From positions 1,364,001 to 1,428,000 of the forward strand of contig NC_019977.1 of the NCBI RefSeq assembly GCF_000328665.1: a stretch of DNA of 64,000 nt. Direction: 5' to 3'. The notes under the pieces were generated by a model that had not been told where the DNA came from, did no database searches, and saw nothing but the letters and a program-made list of their open reading frames with translations. Below, in pieces: positions 10,017-21,589 of the stretch. The stretch is from Methanomethylovorans hollandica DSM 15978. GTDB lineage: Archaea; Halobacteriota; Methanosarcinia; Methanosarcinales; Methanosarcinaceae. A program made the translations under genes and the position numbers. Position 1 is the stretch's first letter, and every line of letters begins with the position of its first letter.

Positions 10017-11225
10017 TCAATCATCAAGTCCCTTTCTGCCGAAAATATAATTAGCCACTCTGAGGGCATTCCTGTCTCCTGTTTCCTTCTCGCACGAGTC
10101 ACTTAGCTTGACTACAGGAATATCATTGATACTATGCATTTTGATCACTATATTAAGAGGAGGACTTGTCCGGAAAAAGTCCTGATTATTAGTAAGATTT
10201 GTGCCAATACCAAAACTACAGTTTATCCTGCCTGCGCAGTGTTCTTTAAGCCTTATGACATCTGCAGCATGCAGGGAATCACTGAAAACCACTACTTTTT
10301 TCATTGGGTCTATTCCCATTGATCTGTAATGCCCGATCACCTTATCAGTAAAACCTAAAGGATCACCACTGTCATGCCTCACACCATCATATAGCTTGGT
10401 AAGCCTGAGGTCGAAGTCAGCAAAAAAAGCATCTGTGCCGAAGGTATCCGAAAGAGCTATGCCCAGGTTGCCTCCATATACCTTCACCCAGTTATCAAAT
10501 GCAAAATAATTAGCTCTGCGCAGACTCATCAGGGCAGAATTGCCCATGATCCATTCATGTCCGATGGTACCCACAGGACTTATTCCATATTTTCGTGCAA
10601 GATACACATTGCTTGTCCCTGTGAAGCAGGGCAGACCGCATAAAACCTCTACTACTTTGTCCTGCAATCTGGAACTCCGCCGCCTGCGGGTCCCGAACTC
10701 CGTGAACAGACAGCCATGTCGTTCAAGTTCTTTACCGATTGAATGGATCTGCTCTATGTAATGCTTGAGCACGACCTCTTCTCCTGCGCCATCGGAAAAT
10801 GACTGCTCTTTCCAGCTTTTTTCCACTGTGCTGAAATATAGCTCCGACACTGTAGCCATAAGCGCCACTTCCCAGAGAATGGCACTATGCCAGGGACCTT
10901 TTATCCTCATGTCAAGATTATTATCCTTGGTAAGTTTCACACTTACCTCAGATGGATCAAAACGGTAGTTTTTCAGATATTCCAGGTACATGGGCTTGAA
11001 GAACGGGCAGGCTGACCCCAGCCAGCTGTACTCCTCTTCGGTCAGCATGATATAAGGAAAGTGACTATCCAGGATATTCCTGATATCTTTTACAAAATCT
11101 TCATTAAAGCGCTGTCCACCCCTGTTTATGAAACGATATTCCACATGTGCCTCAGGGAAAAGTTCCAGTACGGCCATCTGCATACTTAGCTTGTACAGAT
11201 CATTGTCCAGTATAGATTGAATCAC
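10017..11225 (-). CDS. pncB: Nicotinate phosphoribosyltransferase
   Basis: [50 protein letters not shown]. Confidence 0.95.
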   Translation of the reverse strand: MIQSILDNDLYKLSMQMAVLELFPEAHVEYRFINRGGQRFNEDFVKDIRNILDSHFPYIMLTEEEYSWLGSACPFFKPMYLEYLKNYRFDPSEVSVKLTKDNNLDMRIKGPWHSAILWEVALMATVSELYFSTVEKSWKEQSFSDGAGEEVVLKHYIEQIHSIGKELERHGCLFTEFGTRRRRSSRLQDKVVEVLCGLPCFTGTSNVYLARKYGISPVGTIGHEWIMGNSALMSLRRANYFAFDNWVKVYGGNLGIALSDTFGTDAFFADFDLRLTKLYDGVRHDSGDPLGFTDKVIGHYRSMGIDPMKKVVVFSDSLHAADVIRLKEHCAGRINCSFGIGTNLTNNQDFFRTSPPLNIVIKMHSINDIPVVKLSDSCEKETGDRNALRVANYIFGRKGLDD

Positions 11226-11383
11226 ACCTGATCTTCCTGCATATTCTGTGGATATATGCCTGTACTTTATACCTTATGTGCCTGTCGATTATATGCCGGA
11301 AGATATAGTATGGAGAATGCCTGTACAGACTGTCAGTTATAATTAAGCAATTAAGCGAGAGTTTAAGATAATTTTTTAGAATG

Positions 11384-11462
11384 TTAAGGCGCAAAGACGC
11401 TAAGTCTCAAAGAAGCAAATAAAACTTTTTACGTCTTTGCACCCTTACGACTTTGCGTTAAA
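11384..11462. repeat. Imperfect inverted repeat (REP-like)
   Basis: Left arm TTAAGGCGCAAAGACGCTAAGTCTCAAAGA, right arm TCTTTGCACCCTTACGACTTTGCGTTAA. Confidence 0.6.
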
Positions 11463-11595
11463 GATGATTTGACATAACAAATGAAATGCACAATAAACAA
11501 CACACAATAAACAATGCACAACAAGGGAAATGATATGACAAGTTACTTAAAAACATATTAAAATATATCACAAAAAGAAAAAAGTAAAGATCAGA

Positions 11596-11829
11596 TCAAT
11601 TGATTGGTCTCACAAGAATCTTTGAAGCCATACCTTTACCCAGTGCATATTTACAGCCGCTTATTTCGACTATCAGGGAACCCATATGATCCCTGGTCAC
11701 TTTTATAGGGCAGTCCTCAATAAAACCCATAGCTTTCAGGCGGTCTGCAAGTGATCTGCTTGCATTGATCCCTGCAACCTTGGTTTCAGTGCCTTCGGAA
11801 ACCATTGCAAGGGGGATAGGTGGGGTCAT
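11596..11829 (-). CDS. feoA: FeoA family protein
   Basis: PLAMVSEG, RLKAMGF, YALGKGMASKILV; SH3-like size. Confidence 0.88.
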   Translation of the reverse strand: MTPPIPLAMVSEGTETKVAGINASRSLADRLKAMGFIEDCPIKVTRDHMGSLIVEISGCKYALGKGMASKILVRPIN

Positions 11830-11928
11830 AATTCATACCTCTGCGACAATAGTTTTTAGTTTTTCTGTCAAATGCGGTCCATTCAGTATCCGAAACTTCG
11901 GATCAGAATGCTTTTTGGTCCATGCATA

Positions 11929-12016
11929 TTAGATATGACTAACATGATTAGACACTTCTATCTATGCAGTTTTAGTATATAAGCTTGTCTGCACTATAAT
12001 ATGTAGGTATGACTAA
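11929..12016. promoter_or_regulatory. Three DtxR/IdeR-like boxes around the feoA TATA box
   Basis: TTAGATATGACTAA (11929-11942), TTAGACACTTCTAT (11948-11961), GTAGGTATGACTAA (12003-12016); minus-strand TTATATA at 11976-11982. Confidence 0.55.
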
Positions 12017-12182
12017 TAGTCTGGCCAGTTATTATAAAACAGGTTGCCTGTGAAATGCATTTAAATGATGTTGATGTTGGCATATCTCTTGTTTTTGAAA
12101 GATCATGCCTCCTAAACACAAATAAACGATAAGCAACAAATAGATCCTTAGATAAAAGAACATCCTTATATTTTTCAATAAA

Positions 12183-14351
12183 ATGGGAGTAAGACCAATG
12201 AGCGATACAGCAGATAACAGGGATCAGGTTTCTGAGGGCGGATCCAAAACACCTAATTTTCTCATAAATGAAAAAAGTCCTTACCTGCTTCAACATGCAT
12301 ACAACCCTGTACAATGGTACCCTTGGGGTGAAAAGGCTTTCGAAAGATCAAGAGCTGAAAATAAGCCAATCTTTCTTTCCATTGGATACTCCACATGCCA
12401 TTGGTGCCATGTCATGGAAAAAGAATCCTTTGAAGATCCTGATGTGGCCAGGCTCATGAATGCTACATTTATCTGCATTAAGGTCGATCGCGAAGAGAGA
12501 CCGGATATAGACAGCGTCTACATGGCTATCTGCCAGGCCATTACAGGAAGAGGAGGATGGCCACTTACAATATTAATGACCCCTAACAAGGAACCGTTCT
12601 TTGCAGCTACGTATATCCCAAAGAAAAGCAGGTTCGGAAATCCCGGAATGCTTGACCTCATACCCCACATAGCGAAGGTATGGACGCAGCAGCAGGAGGA
12701 TATACTGCAGACCGCCAGAGAACTAAAAGCTGCTCTGTCCCCTCAGATGGTACAGGCTTCTGCTAAAAGCACAGGTACTGAAATTAACGAAAAGACCCTG
12801 CACAGTGGGTACTCACAGTTACTTTCTGCTTTCGACTGGCAGGCAGGAGGATTTGGCCGGGCTCCAAAGTTCCCCTCTCCACACAACCTTACATTTCTCC
12901 TCAGATATTGGCAGCGTACAGGAAAACTTGAAGCATTGCAGATGGTAACAAAAACCCTGGATGGCATGCGCGGGGGAGGCATATATGACCATGTGGGATT
13001 TGGTTTTCATCGCTATTCCACGGATGGTCAGTGGCTGGTACCCCATTTTGAAAAAATGCTCTACGATCAGGCAATGCTTATCATGGCATACACCGAAGGT
13101 TTCCAGGTGACAGGTATTGAAGATCACAGGCAGGTAGCAGCAGAGATCATAGAGTATGTACTGAGGGACATGTGCTCTGCTGAGGGAGCTTTCTACTGTG
13201 CAGAGGACGCAGATAGCGAAGGGATGGAAGGTAAATTCTATCTCTGGAAAAAAGAAGAGATATATGATCTACTTCCTTTGGAGGTGGCAAATCTTGTATG
13301 CAAAGTATATGACATATCATCCGAAGGTAATTATAAAGAGGAAATATCAGGTATCTCCACCCGCCAGAACATACTGCATCTTGCCAGGCCTATGCAAGAA
13401 GCAGCACAGGAACTGGGGATTTCTTTAGATGAATTGAAGGCAAAGCTTGAGCCAGCGAGAAAAATACTTTTTGCAGCAAGAGAAAAACGGGTGCATCCTT
13501 CAAAGGATGATAAAGTGCTTACAGACTGGAACGGGCTGATGATAGCTGCCCTTTGCAAAGCGTCCAGGGCTTTTGAAAGGCCGGAATATGCACAAGCGGC
13601 ATCCAGGACTGCAGACTTCATCCTGCAGCACATGTCATCCCATGATGGCAGGCTGCTGCATCGTTATCGGGATGGTGAAGCCTCAATTTCTGGTTTTCTG
13701 GAAGACTATGCCTTCCTGGTCTGGGGTCTTATCGAATTGTATCAGGCCACCTTCGAAAAAAAGTATCTTGAACATGCTCTGCGGCTTAATTCCCTGCAGA
13801 TAAGGGATTTTATGGATGTCGAGGGGGGATTCTTCCATACTGCAAATGATTCTGAGACCCTGTTGTTCAGGAACAAGGATCTATATGACGGAGCAATGCC
13901 CTCCGGGAACTCTGTAAGCGTATTGAACCTTTTGAAATTATCCCGGCTAACAGGCGATACAGACCTTGAGGAAAAAGCCTCTACATCAATGAAAGCATTC
14001 TCCGGCCAGATAGATGCGATGCCTATGGCATATTCTCAATTCCTGCATGCTCTGGACTTTACCGCTGGTCCGGCTTACGAAGTGGTCATTGCAGGAGACC
14101 CTGATGATCCGAATACCAGAGAAATGATATCCTTAGCAGGCAGATCATTCCTTCCGAACATGGTGCTGCTGCTTCAAGGAAAAAACAATATAGGGGAACT
14201 TGCCCCATATACCAAAGATATGTCAGCAACAGATAGAAATGCCACAGTCTATATTTGCCAGGGTTACAGTTGTAGCATGCCAATAATGAGCATTGGCTCA
14301 TTCAGGGAATTCATATCATCTATTAGTGATAAATGGCATGCTACCGATTGA
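12183..14351 (+). CDS. Thioredoxin domain-containing protein (DUF255/YyaL/SPATA20 family)
   Basis: [54 protein letters not shown]. Confidence 0.93.
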   Translation: MGVRPMSDTADNRDQVSEGGSKTPNFLINEKSPYLLQHAYNPVQWYPWGEKAFERSRAENKPIFLSIGYSTCHWCHVMEKESFEDPDVARLMNATFICIKVDREERPDIDSVYMAICQAITGRGGWPLTILMTPNKEPFFAATYIPKKSRFGNPGMLDLIPHIAKVWTQQQEDILQTARELKAALSPQMVQASAKSTGTEINEKTLHSGYSQLLSAFDWQAGGFGRAPKFPSPHNLTFLLRYWQRTGKLEALQMVTKTLDGMRGGGIYDHVGFGFHRYSTDGQWLVPHFEKMLYDQAMLIMAYTEGFQVTGIEDHRQVAAEIIEYVLRDMCSAEGAFYCAEDADSEGMEGKFYLWKKEEIYDLLPLEVANLVCKVYDISSEGNYKEEISGISTRQNILHLARPMQEAAQELGISLDELKAKLEPARKILFAAREKRVHPSKDDKVLTDWNGLMIAALCKASRAFERPEYAQAASRTADFILQHMSSHDGRLLHRYRDGEASISGFLEDYAFLVWGLIELYQATFEKKYLEHALRLNSLQIRDFMDVEGGFFHTANDSETLLFRNKDLYDGAMPSGNSVSVLNLLKLSRLTGDTDLEEKASTSMKAFSGQIDAMPMAYSQFLHALDFTAGPAYEVVIAGDPDDPNTREMISLAGRSFLPNMVLLLQGKNNIGELAPYTKDMSATDRNATVYICQGYSCSMPIMSIGSFREFISSISDKWHATD

Positions 14352-14453
14352 TTTTGATTATAACAATGTGAGTGCAGATCTGACCTTTAAGAGTAGTTTA
14401 GGATACAGAAAACCGAATACTTAGAACATATATAATGACAAAAAAAGTCAAAC

Positions 14454-16490
14454 CTAAAAATACAGCGCCTTATGCACCGCATCCATCGGATCAGCATAGA
14501 AGGACAGCTGGAATTTGCTCAGCAGGTCTGAAGGCACAGTGCCCAGTTTAGATGTGGATGAGGCAGGTATCAACACCCTCTTAGCCCCGGCATCAAGGGA
14601 GACTTGCAAGAGCTCGGAAAGGTTATCTATATTCAGTATTGAACCTCCTATGGTCATTGTTCCGATGATGGCAGTTTGCTCCTGGACTGGCCTTTCCATA
14701 GCTCCTGAACAGAGACTTATGAAGCCTGCAAGGGCCAGGCCGTCTGACAAACCGACTCCGTACAGGTCCTGTATGTTCATGAAATAGTCATTTTCCTTTG
14801 TGGATATTGATTGGCTTATGGATTTTGCATTTGCCTTGAAGTAGTTGATAGCAGTCCTTATGGACTCTCTGGCCTTTGAATTAGAGCTTAAACCGGAGGG
14901 TTCGTATTTACCTGTACCTGAGACAACCTGCAGTTCTGTTTTATAAACGCCTATCTTCCCGGAATCGGTTGCTGACACAGCATAGACCTGGCCGGGTTTT
15001 GTAAGACCCGGAGGAATGATCTTATTACCACTTATTTCGGGGACATTGACAAAGTGCTCTTCCATGTTATCATTGTCAATATAGGAGAAGTTAACATCGA
15101 AGAATTCCATGCCTCCCATCCTCTTCAATTGCTCCTTGACCCTTCTTCTCCCTACAAGTGCATACTCGAGGATCTCCCTAGCATCCTCTTTTGTGATGTT
15201 CTCATCGGGATATATGAGTTTGGCAAGACCGGAGAATGTTTTCTTGACAGCGATAACATCTCTTTGGTTCAGGTTGTTGCCGAGTTTATAGTATTTGAAA
15301 AGCACATCAGTGAATGACCGTTTTCTCATCTCCCTCAGGAACTCGGCCAGATAATCCACTATGAACCCATATCTGTCAGTGAAGTGCTCGGGTCTGAACT
15401 TGGGAACTTCCCAGCCTGGCAGGTAGTAGTGCATCCTGTCGAAAAATGCACTGTCGTTGTTCATCTCTTCAGGGAAAGGAACGAAGAGATGTGAGGTCTT
15501 GAGCATCGAGGAGACGCTCTGGTTGATGTTGCCTACGAATACAATGGACGCATTGGCATTTATCTGGTCCTTGCCACGGGCAAAGGAGCCGGATGCCATG
15601 TAGTCTTTCATGATCTGTATGCCATCCTTATCCTTGAACTTGATACCTGCAACCTCGTCAAAGGCTACAACATCCCACAGGCCAACGAGCCCGACCTGCC
15701 GTGTACCCATATTGTAGAATAGGTTGGCGACAGTTGTCTGCCCGCCTGAGATAAGGATGGAATTAGGGGATATTTCTTTGAACACGTGGGATTTGCCTGT
15801 GCTCCTTGGACCAAGTTCACAGAGGTTGTAGTTGTTCTCTATCAAAGGAACTAGCCTTTCCATCAAATGCCATTTTGCAGGAGTTTCCAGTTGAGTAGGC
15901 TCCATGCCTATGGACCGCAAGAGCACATCTATCCATTCGTCCTTGGTAAAGTTCTTCCGCTGATCAATGATCTCTGAGATGTTGATGTTGGGGATCTGTA
16001 TGGGTTTGAGGCTTGCAATGACAAAAGGAGAAGGCAGCATTTCAGCGCTGTATTCCATTTTAATGATGCACCAGATGCCACCGCCCAGCAGTTTGTCGTA
16101 CTTTGTGACGTATTCCGGGTCTACCTGCACCTTGGAAAGTCCCAAGTGTGAAAAAACAGCTTCGTAGATGTCTCTTTTTTCATTCAGCTTTACGGAGACC
16201 TTATCGATGATGGTATAGTAACCTGTTTCCCGTATCTTGGATTTGATCTTCTCTGCCTCATCAGGACGCACGTAGTTCTCTGAGAGGATGTTCTTGACTT
16301 TCCTGACACCCTGCTCTATGAGTTCTTCGTCATCGGTAGCGCAATTCGCACCCAGCAGGTATTCCAGGACGTAGACAGGGACATTGTGGCCTACTTTTAC
16401 CAGCTTTGTCAGGTCTTTCCTGACCACTCTGCCCTGGAAATATGTGTTCAGTTTCCTGTCAGTTGTTATGTCTGTGTCTGCTTCTGGCAT
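14454..16490 (-). CDS. brxL: BREX Lon-like protein BrxL
   Basis: VVRKDL, NVPVYVLEYLLG, ELGPRSTGKS, VAFDEVAG, KDYMASGSFARG, C-terminal Lon-like domain; operon context. Confidence 0.95.
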   Translation of the reverse strand: MPEADTDITTDRKLNTYFQGRVVRKDLTKLVKVGHNVPVYVLEYLLGANCATDDEELIEQGVRKVKNILSENYVRPDEAEKIKSKIRETGYYTIIDKVSVKLNEKRDIYEAVFSHLGLSKVQVDPEYVTKYDKLLGGGIWCIIKMEYSAEMLPSPFVIASLKPIQIPNINISEIIDQRKNFTKDEWIDVLLRSIGMEPTQLETPAKWHLMERLVPLIENNYNLCELGPRSTGKSHVFKEISPNSILISGGQTTVANLFYNMGTRQVGLVGLWDVVAFDEVAGIKFKDKDGIQIMKDYMASGSFARGKDQINANASIVFVGNINQSVSSMLKTSHLFVPFPEEMNNDSAFFDRMHYYLPGWEVPKFRPEHFTDRYGFIVDYLAEFLREMRKRSFTDVLFKYYKLGNNLNQRDVIAVKKTFSGLAKLIYPDENITKEDAREILEYALVGRRRVKEQLKRMGGMEFFDVNFSYIDNDNMEEHFVNVPEISGNKIIPPGLTKPGQVYAVSATDSGKIGVYKTELQVVSGTGKYEPSGLSSNSKARESIRTAINYFKANAKSISQSISTKENDYFMNIQDLYGVGLSDGLALAGFISLCSGAMERPVQEQTAIIGTMTIGGSILNIDNLSELLQVSLDAGAKRVLIPASSTSKLGTVPSDLLSKFQLSFYADPMDAVHKALYF

Positions 16491-16519
16491 GGGTGTCCAC
16501 CGATGTTATTTGATTTTGA

Positions 16520-19132
16520 TCAGAAGTCATCTGCTATCAAGAGGTCCACTTCAAAGGGTATGGGATCGATGATGTCCTTGGTGATCTCTGTAGGGTCTGC
16601 GTCTAGCAGGCGTATGTAGTAGAACTTGTTCTCTACTTCGCCGGTTAAAGTGAGGGTGACTTTGTACTGTCTTTCTGCTGGCTCATCAGATGAGCTTTCA
16701 GCAATAACAAGCTTTTCATCGCTTACCTTGAATTCGTTCCCGTCCCTGTTCCAGAGAGCTACTTTGAACCTTCTGGGTTGCAGTTTATCCGTCACTTTTT
16801 CGGTCTGCAGGATGTTTATAGAGAACGGGCTGCTTGTTATCTTCCGGCTTGCGTTGGTTACGGTCAGACCGACTTTGCCGTACTTAATGCCTTTTCTTTC
16901 AAGATCTGCAGTCTTGTTGTAGGAGTACTTGAGTACCGGGATGACTATCTCCTGGGGTGCAGCTCCACCATGTACGAAGTTCTTGTTGCTGCCCTGCATC
17001 TTGAACCTGAGGTCTGCCTGGGGTACGTATGCGAACATCGTTTGCCCGGATTTGATGATATAATCCATGTTGAACTTGTGGACGTTCATGAGGTCAACAT
17101 TCTGCTCGCTCAGGATGAATCGCTTGCTGGATGCGATGATCTGCTGCTTGTCAAAACCACCGGTCTCAACTTTATCGACGTTTTCCAATTCATCTCTTTG
17201 GTAGATGAAACCATGGTCTGCTGTTATCAGGATGTTGTTCAGTATCTGGAAATTGGTGAGTTTTTCGATGATCTTTTTGATATCTGAGATGGTATCCTCG
17301 GCTGCATCGAAGACTTCATGCTCCGAAGCGAAATGGTCTCCTCTGGCGTCGATCTTGTCGTGGTAGATATAGAAGAGCCTTGTGCCTTTGAATCGTTCAC
17401 GGGCTTCGTCTCTTTTGATGTTCATCAGTTCATCATAATCTATAGCAACGGAGTCCTTTGTTATTTTTTCCAGTATCTTTCCTCTGTTAGCTGTGCCTTC
17501 GGTGCTGATGCCATCTGCAAAGACTGATTGGTTGTTGTATTCCAGTCTGTCATGGGGAAGCAGGCTTGCCATGCCGAGTTTTGTGTAAGAGGGGAGGGAT
17601 CCTGCCATGCACTTTAATTCGACTGTGCCCCTTGTGTCCTTGTTCAGGACTTCCTGAAGCTCTGCAGCTACTTCATAGCGCATGGCATCCGAAATTATGA
17701 CGGCTATCTTGTCCTTATCATTACGGGTGATGATGTTCTTCACGTAGAGCTTATAGAACTCGTCCTGCCGGTCGATGAGCTCTATGTTCCATCGTCCTTC
17801 CATTTCACTTGTGATAAGCTGGCTCCAGCGTGTGAGCAGTTTGTCAAGGAGCCTGTTGTTGTACAGTTTTTCCACAAGGTCTTTGGTGGGTTTGAGGATC
17901 TCTTTTTCCTTGTCCTTGTCGTAGTGATAGTAGAATTTGCGATAATAATAGTCCATCAGGTAATAGCGTTCGGTGTAGTTTCTGAAGAACTTAGTGAGAT
18001 TCTGCTCGCTTATGTTAGTTGCATCGAACTCCTTTGCGAACTGGTGCAGTTTCAATGCATATTCCAGGGAATTGTAGATGTTCTGGAACCTGGAGTACCA
18101 GTGTTTTGTCTTGCGGTTGGTTATCCAGCCAAGATATGTATCGAAATCTTCTTTGCCGTTCTGGAGTGCTTCGGCTATCTTTCGGATGATGCTTTTGTCA
18201 AAGAGGTCAAGGGATTCTGCTTCGATGTATTTGGAGACTTCATGCTTTTGTATCTCGTTCACGAGGTACTTTTGAAGCGTGCTATCGCCTGCAAGCAGTT
18301 GTTCGCAGTACTCGTCAAATACTGTGGAGTCTCTGGAGTTGTCCATCCAGCTTCTGATGAAGATCTCACATTCATTACTCAGGGAGTTGCTGTACGCTTT
18401 GTACTTCTTGAGATCAAGGTTCGTGTTCCTTGTTATGTGGGTTATGATGAAGCTCAGAAAGAGCTTCTTCAGCGTAGGCTCTTCTGGCTGGTATCCGAAG
18501 TGCCTGTGCATCATGTCCCAGAAATCATCGGCAAACTCGAACTTAGTGATCTCTTCCCATGCCGTGTTGGTGCTCTCATCCAGGGAATCGATCAGTACTT
18601 TGCGTACTATTTCCTTCAGGTCCGTGGTCGCAGAGCCGGAAAGCACTGCCAGGAAACCATGTATGAACTCTTCTTCTTTCCAGTGCTTTTGATATAAGCG
18701 GTTAAACGGAGTGACCCTTTTCTTGCTTGCGAAGAACTGCTGGTGCTTGTCCAGGAATCTGTCCAAGTCATAGCCCTCTATCTCGAACTCACTCTTGATA
18801 TCTGATATCCTGCTGTTCTCAAATCGTGATGAATAGAGCTGTATGTCCAGCAGCCAGTTGGCTTCGGGGTCCCGTTCCGCCTCACCTGAATAGATGAGAT
18901 AACTAGAAGTCGTATCATCCGTCTCCAGCAGCTTCTTGGTGGCAAAGAAATTGTTGTGCAGGATATGCAGCTTTATCCCCTTTTCTGCCAGAGCGCCGCG
19001 TATGTGTGCAAGACCTTCCTCATCTGCGGTCCTGTCCTTATCATACCAGAAGACGATCTTCCTCTTCTCGAAGTCGCTGAGAGTTTCGAACTTCTTAAGT
19101 ATGCTCTGGGTGGTCTTTTCGGGATTTAACAT
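16520..19132 (-). CDS. pglZ: BREX-1 phosphatase/nuclease PglZ
   Basis: RKIVFWYD, VIISDAMRYE, LPSYTKLGMASLLP, ITADHGF, FVHGG. Confidence 0.95.
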   Translation of the reverse strand: MLNPEKTTQSILKKFETLSDFEKRKIVFWYDKDRTADEEGLAHIRGALAEKGIKLHILHNNFFATKKLLETDDTTSSYLIYSGEAERDPEANWLLDIQLYSSRFENSRISDIKSEFEIEGYDLDRFLDKHQQFFASKKRVTPFNRLYQKHWKEEEFIHGFLAVLSGSATTDLKEIVRKVLIDSLDESTNTAWEEITKFEFADDFWDMMHRHFGYQPEEPTLKKLFLSFIITHITRNTNLDLKKYKAYSNSLSNECEIFIRSWMDNSRDSTVFDEYCEQLLAGDSTLQKYLVNEIQKHEVSKYIEAESLDLFDKSIIRKIAEALQNGKEDFDTYLGWITNRKTKHWYSRFQNIYNSLEYALKLHQFAKEFDATNISEQNLTKFFRNYTERYYLMDYYYRKFYYHYDKDKEKEILKPTKDLVEKLYNNRLLDKLLTRWSQLITSEMEGRWNIELIDRQDEFYKLYVKNIITRNDKDKIAVIISDAMRYEVAAELQEVLNKDTRGTVELKCMAGSLPSYTKLGMASLLPHDRLEYNNQSVFADGISTEGTANRGKILEKITKDSVAIDYDELMNIKRDEARERFKGTRLFYIYHDKIDARGDHFASEHEVFDAAEDTISDIKKIIEKLTNFQILNNILITADHGFIYQRDELENVDKVETGGFDKQQIIASSKRFILSEQNVDLMNVHKFNMDYIIKSGQTMFAYVPQADLRFKMQGSNKNFVHGGAAPQEIVIPVLKYSYNKTADLERKGIKYGKVGLTVTNASRKITSSPFSINILQTEKVTDKLQPRRFKVALWNRDGNEFKVSDEKLVIAESSSDEPAERQYKVTLTLTGEVENKFYYIRLLDADPTEITKDIIDPIPFEVDLLIADDF

Positions 19133-19171
19133 ATTTCGACTTCCATAATCGCAGCTTATTGGAAAATTACT

Positions 19172-19777
19172 TTATTCAGAGAGGTTATTGAACTGTTTAA
19201 TTACGATTATTTTGTAAACTTGTGTTGACGGATTGCTTCGTGTACTATTTAGCTCTGTTCCGCTATCAAGATGAATTTGTTCCAGTTTTTTAGAGTTTCT
19301 GATCGCTGTATCTGTCAGAGGGCAAAGTATCTGGTAGCAATCGTTGTTCTTACTATAAGCAGGTATATGTCTTTTTAAAAGCCCGAGCAGCCCATCGTTT
19401 TGAAGTGATGTGTCTATGTAGCTGAAATGCAAAAGGAACCAGAGCTCAAATGAAGGGTTTGACAAACACATATTGATAGACTTTCCGGCATTCCTATATG
19501 CGGTTGAGATCCTATCATCCGTATTCTCATCACAGTCAAAGACACACCAAATGGAATCACCACCTTTGATGTCCAGGTCTTGCATCTTCTTTCTGGCAAA
19601 TCCGACAATGCTACCGATATCTTTACGGCTTGATGGAATTGGGATCACATCCAGATTGTTGTGCGGTGTCCTGTAGTTTTCAAAATACATTGGCTCTGTT
19701 TTCTCACCTTCACATATTATGAGCATTTTATTCCTTGTAGGCCTTTGACCACGTTTTCTCCGGCTGTAGTCTGGCAT
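19172..19777 (-). CDS. RloB family (TOPRIM-like) protein
   Basis: IICEGEKTEPMYF, WCVFDCD, SNPSFELWFLLHF, NPSTQV. Confidence 0.9.
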   Translation of the reverse strand: MPDYSRRKRGQRPTRNKMLIICEGEKTEPMYFENYRTPHNNLDVIPIPSSRKDIGSIVGFARKKMQDLDIKGGDSIWCVFDCDENTDDRISTAYRNAGKSINMCLSNPSFELWFLLHFSYIDTSLQNDGLLGLLKRHIPAYSKNNDCYQILCPLTDTAIRNSKKLEQIHLDSGTELNSTRSNPSTQVYKIIVIKQFNNLSE

Positions 19778-19789
19778 GCCAAAAACCTC

Positions 19790-21052
19790 TCAGGATGAGA
19801 TGAAGGGGATTGCTCCATACCTTCCCATCAGGTAACCTTTCAGGATATTCTGGTCTTTACGGACCTGGAATTCCAGCAACGAGTAAAGATTTGTGTTCCC
19901 CAGATCTGCATCTTTTTCAGTGAACCATATCTGATCCCTTCTGAAGAGCTCATCGTTGAGCAAGTTGGTGTTGTGGGTGGTTATTATCAGCTGAGAGTTG
20001 TTCTTATTGTAACTTTCGTCGTAGAAGAGTCTGACCAAGTGATCACTAAGCATTGGATGCAGCTGTAGTTCCAGCTCATCTACAAACAGGACCTGCCCTT
20101 TATTGAGCGCGTTGAGCCAAGGTCCTATCAGAGTGAAAAATCTTCTTGTACCTTCGGATTCCTCGGTATTGAAATCGAATGCTATGTTATGCTTTTTGCC
20201 GTCTTTATCTCTGGCAAGGTGGAATGTATTGATATTAATCTTTTGCATTTTTCCACTGGCTTTGTCAAAGCTTCGTGGCAGATGGTTCAATATGTCTACA
20301 GGAAGGTCTGCCAGATCTATATCCTCTATACTTGTGATAATATCAATAAGACCTAAATCTGCTCTTTCAAGTGATCTCAGGATGGCTTTTTTCGAATCAT
20401 CGTCCTGATTGAGCATTCTGATTGTGTATTCGCCCTGTTCTGATAGTGTCCTTGCACTGATTATTCTCAGGTCTTCCCTGAACCATTTGAAGGCTTCCAG
20501 GGTCTTATCGTAATTCTGCTGTGCGGAGTTGGAGAGATAAAGAACATTGCTCAGGGTTCTCTTAGAGATATCATTCTGAATCCTTTTATCGGTTGTGAAT
20601 TTGAACTCGGTGGTGTTCCTTCTTTCAAATACCAGTGCTTCCCTGTTGTTCGGGTAATAATACAATTCTTCATCAATTATCTTGGTCCTATCATATGAGA
20701 CGGCATAGCTGTACCTGACATTGTTCTTGATAAAAAACACACTGAACCTGCTGGGCTTTGACATACATTCCGGCGTCAGCTTGAATGGCTCAAACGGCAG
20801 CAGGTCCCCATCCTGATTCCTGATGGATGTCATCACCAGGTTCTGCAGGTTGAACATTGCTAAAAGAACATTGCTCTTTCCGGAGGCATTAGCCCCATAA
20901 ATAACAGCGCTTTTCACCAGCCTGTCATTCTTCTTCAGGGCATCCGGTTCAATCAGATTTTCCTCAAGCGCCCTATCGGATGATGCTAATAAACTAAAGG
21001 TGACCTCATCCCTTATCGAACGGAAATTCTCGGCTTTGAATTCGATCAACAT
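19790..21052 (-). CDS. AAA_21/RloA-type ABC-like ATPase
   Basis: IYGANASGKSN, ESEGT, VDELE..LHP, TTHN, RRDQIWFTEK, YLMGRYGAIP. Confidence 0.92.
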   Translation of the reverse strand: MLIEFKAENFRSIRDEVTFSLLASSDRALEENLIEPDALKKNDRLVKSAVIYGANASGKSNVLLAMFNLQNLVMTSIRNQDGDLLPFEPFKLTPECMSKPSRFSVFFIKNNVRYSYAVSYDRTKIIDEELYYYPNNREALVFERRNTTEFKFTTDKRIQNDISKRTLSNVLYLSNSAQQNYDKTLEAFKWFREDLRIISARTLSEQGEYTIRMLNQDDDSKKAILRSLERADLGLIDIITSIEDIDLADLPVDILNHLPRSFDKASGKMQKININTFHLARDKDGKKHNIAFDFNTEESEGTRRFFTLIGPWLNALNKGQVLFVDELELQLHPMLSDHLVRLFYDESYNKNNSQLIITTHNTNLLNDELFRRDQIWFTEKDADLGNTNLYSLLEFQVRKDQNILKGYLMGRYGAIPFISS

Positions 21053-21262
21053 GTTGATAACAACCTATTACACAGATTTGATTGTGATTTTTGTGATATT
21101 TTCACGTATATTGAATGTAAAACTCGATTATATTTAAATTAATTGCTGGGATGAAGAAAACTTTTAGTAATACAGGAATTACTATTCATGACTGATCCCG
21201 GACCTAAGAGAAAAAATAACATAAAAGCAAATAAATTTAAAAAGAAAATCAATGTATGTGGG

Positions 21263-21589
21263 TTAGTTGTCGACATTCAGGCGGTCTGAATTAACTTCGA
21301 TCTCGCCGTTTTCCTCTTCATACTTTGAGATTTTCTTATTCAGATCAAGTAACAGTTTTTTAGCTGCCTGCATGGTTAGGATCACCATGTGGTCGCTGTG
21401 ATACACCCATGAATCTTCATCCCGGAATTTTTCATTCATCAGTTCTATTCTTATATCACAGTCGGTTATTGCAACCAACGTATTTGTAGCGTAAGTTCTA
21501 CCAAAGAGTGGAGTCCTTACAACCTGTATCTCTTTTTTTTCCTGCTGTTCTTCAATAGCTTCCATTGTATCCTCCTCATGCTGAAGCAA
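21263..21589 (-). CDS. DUF3467-like small protein
   Basis: YATN near N-terminus and AAKKLLLDLNKKISKYEEENGEI C-terminal signature. Confidence 0.6.
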   Translation of the reverse strand: MLQHEEDTMEAIEEQQEKKEIQVVRTPLFGRTYATNTLVAITDCDIRIELMNEKFRDEDSWVYHSDHMVILTMQAAKKLLLDLNKKISKYEEENGEIEVNSDRLNVDN

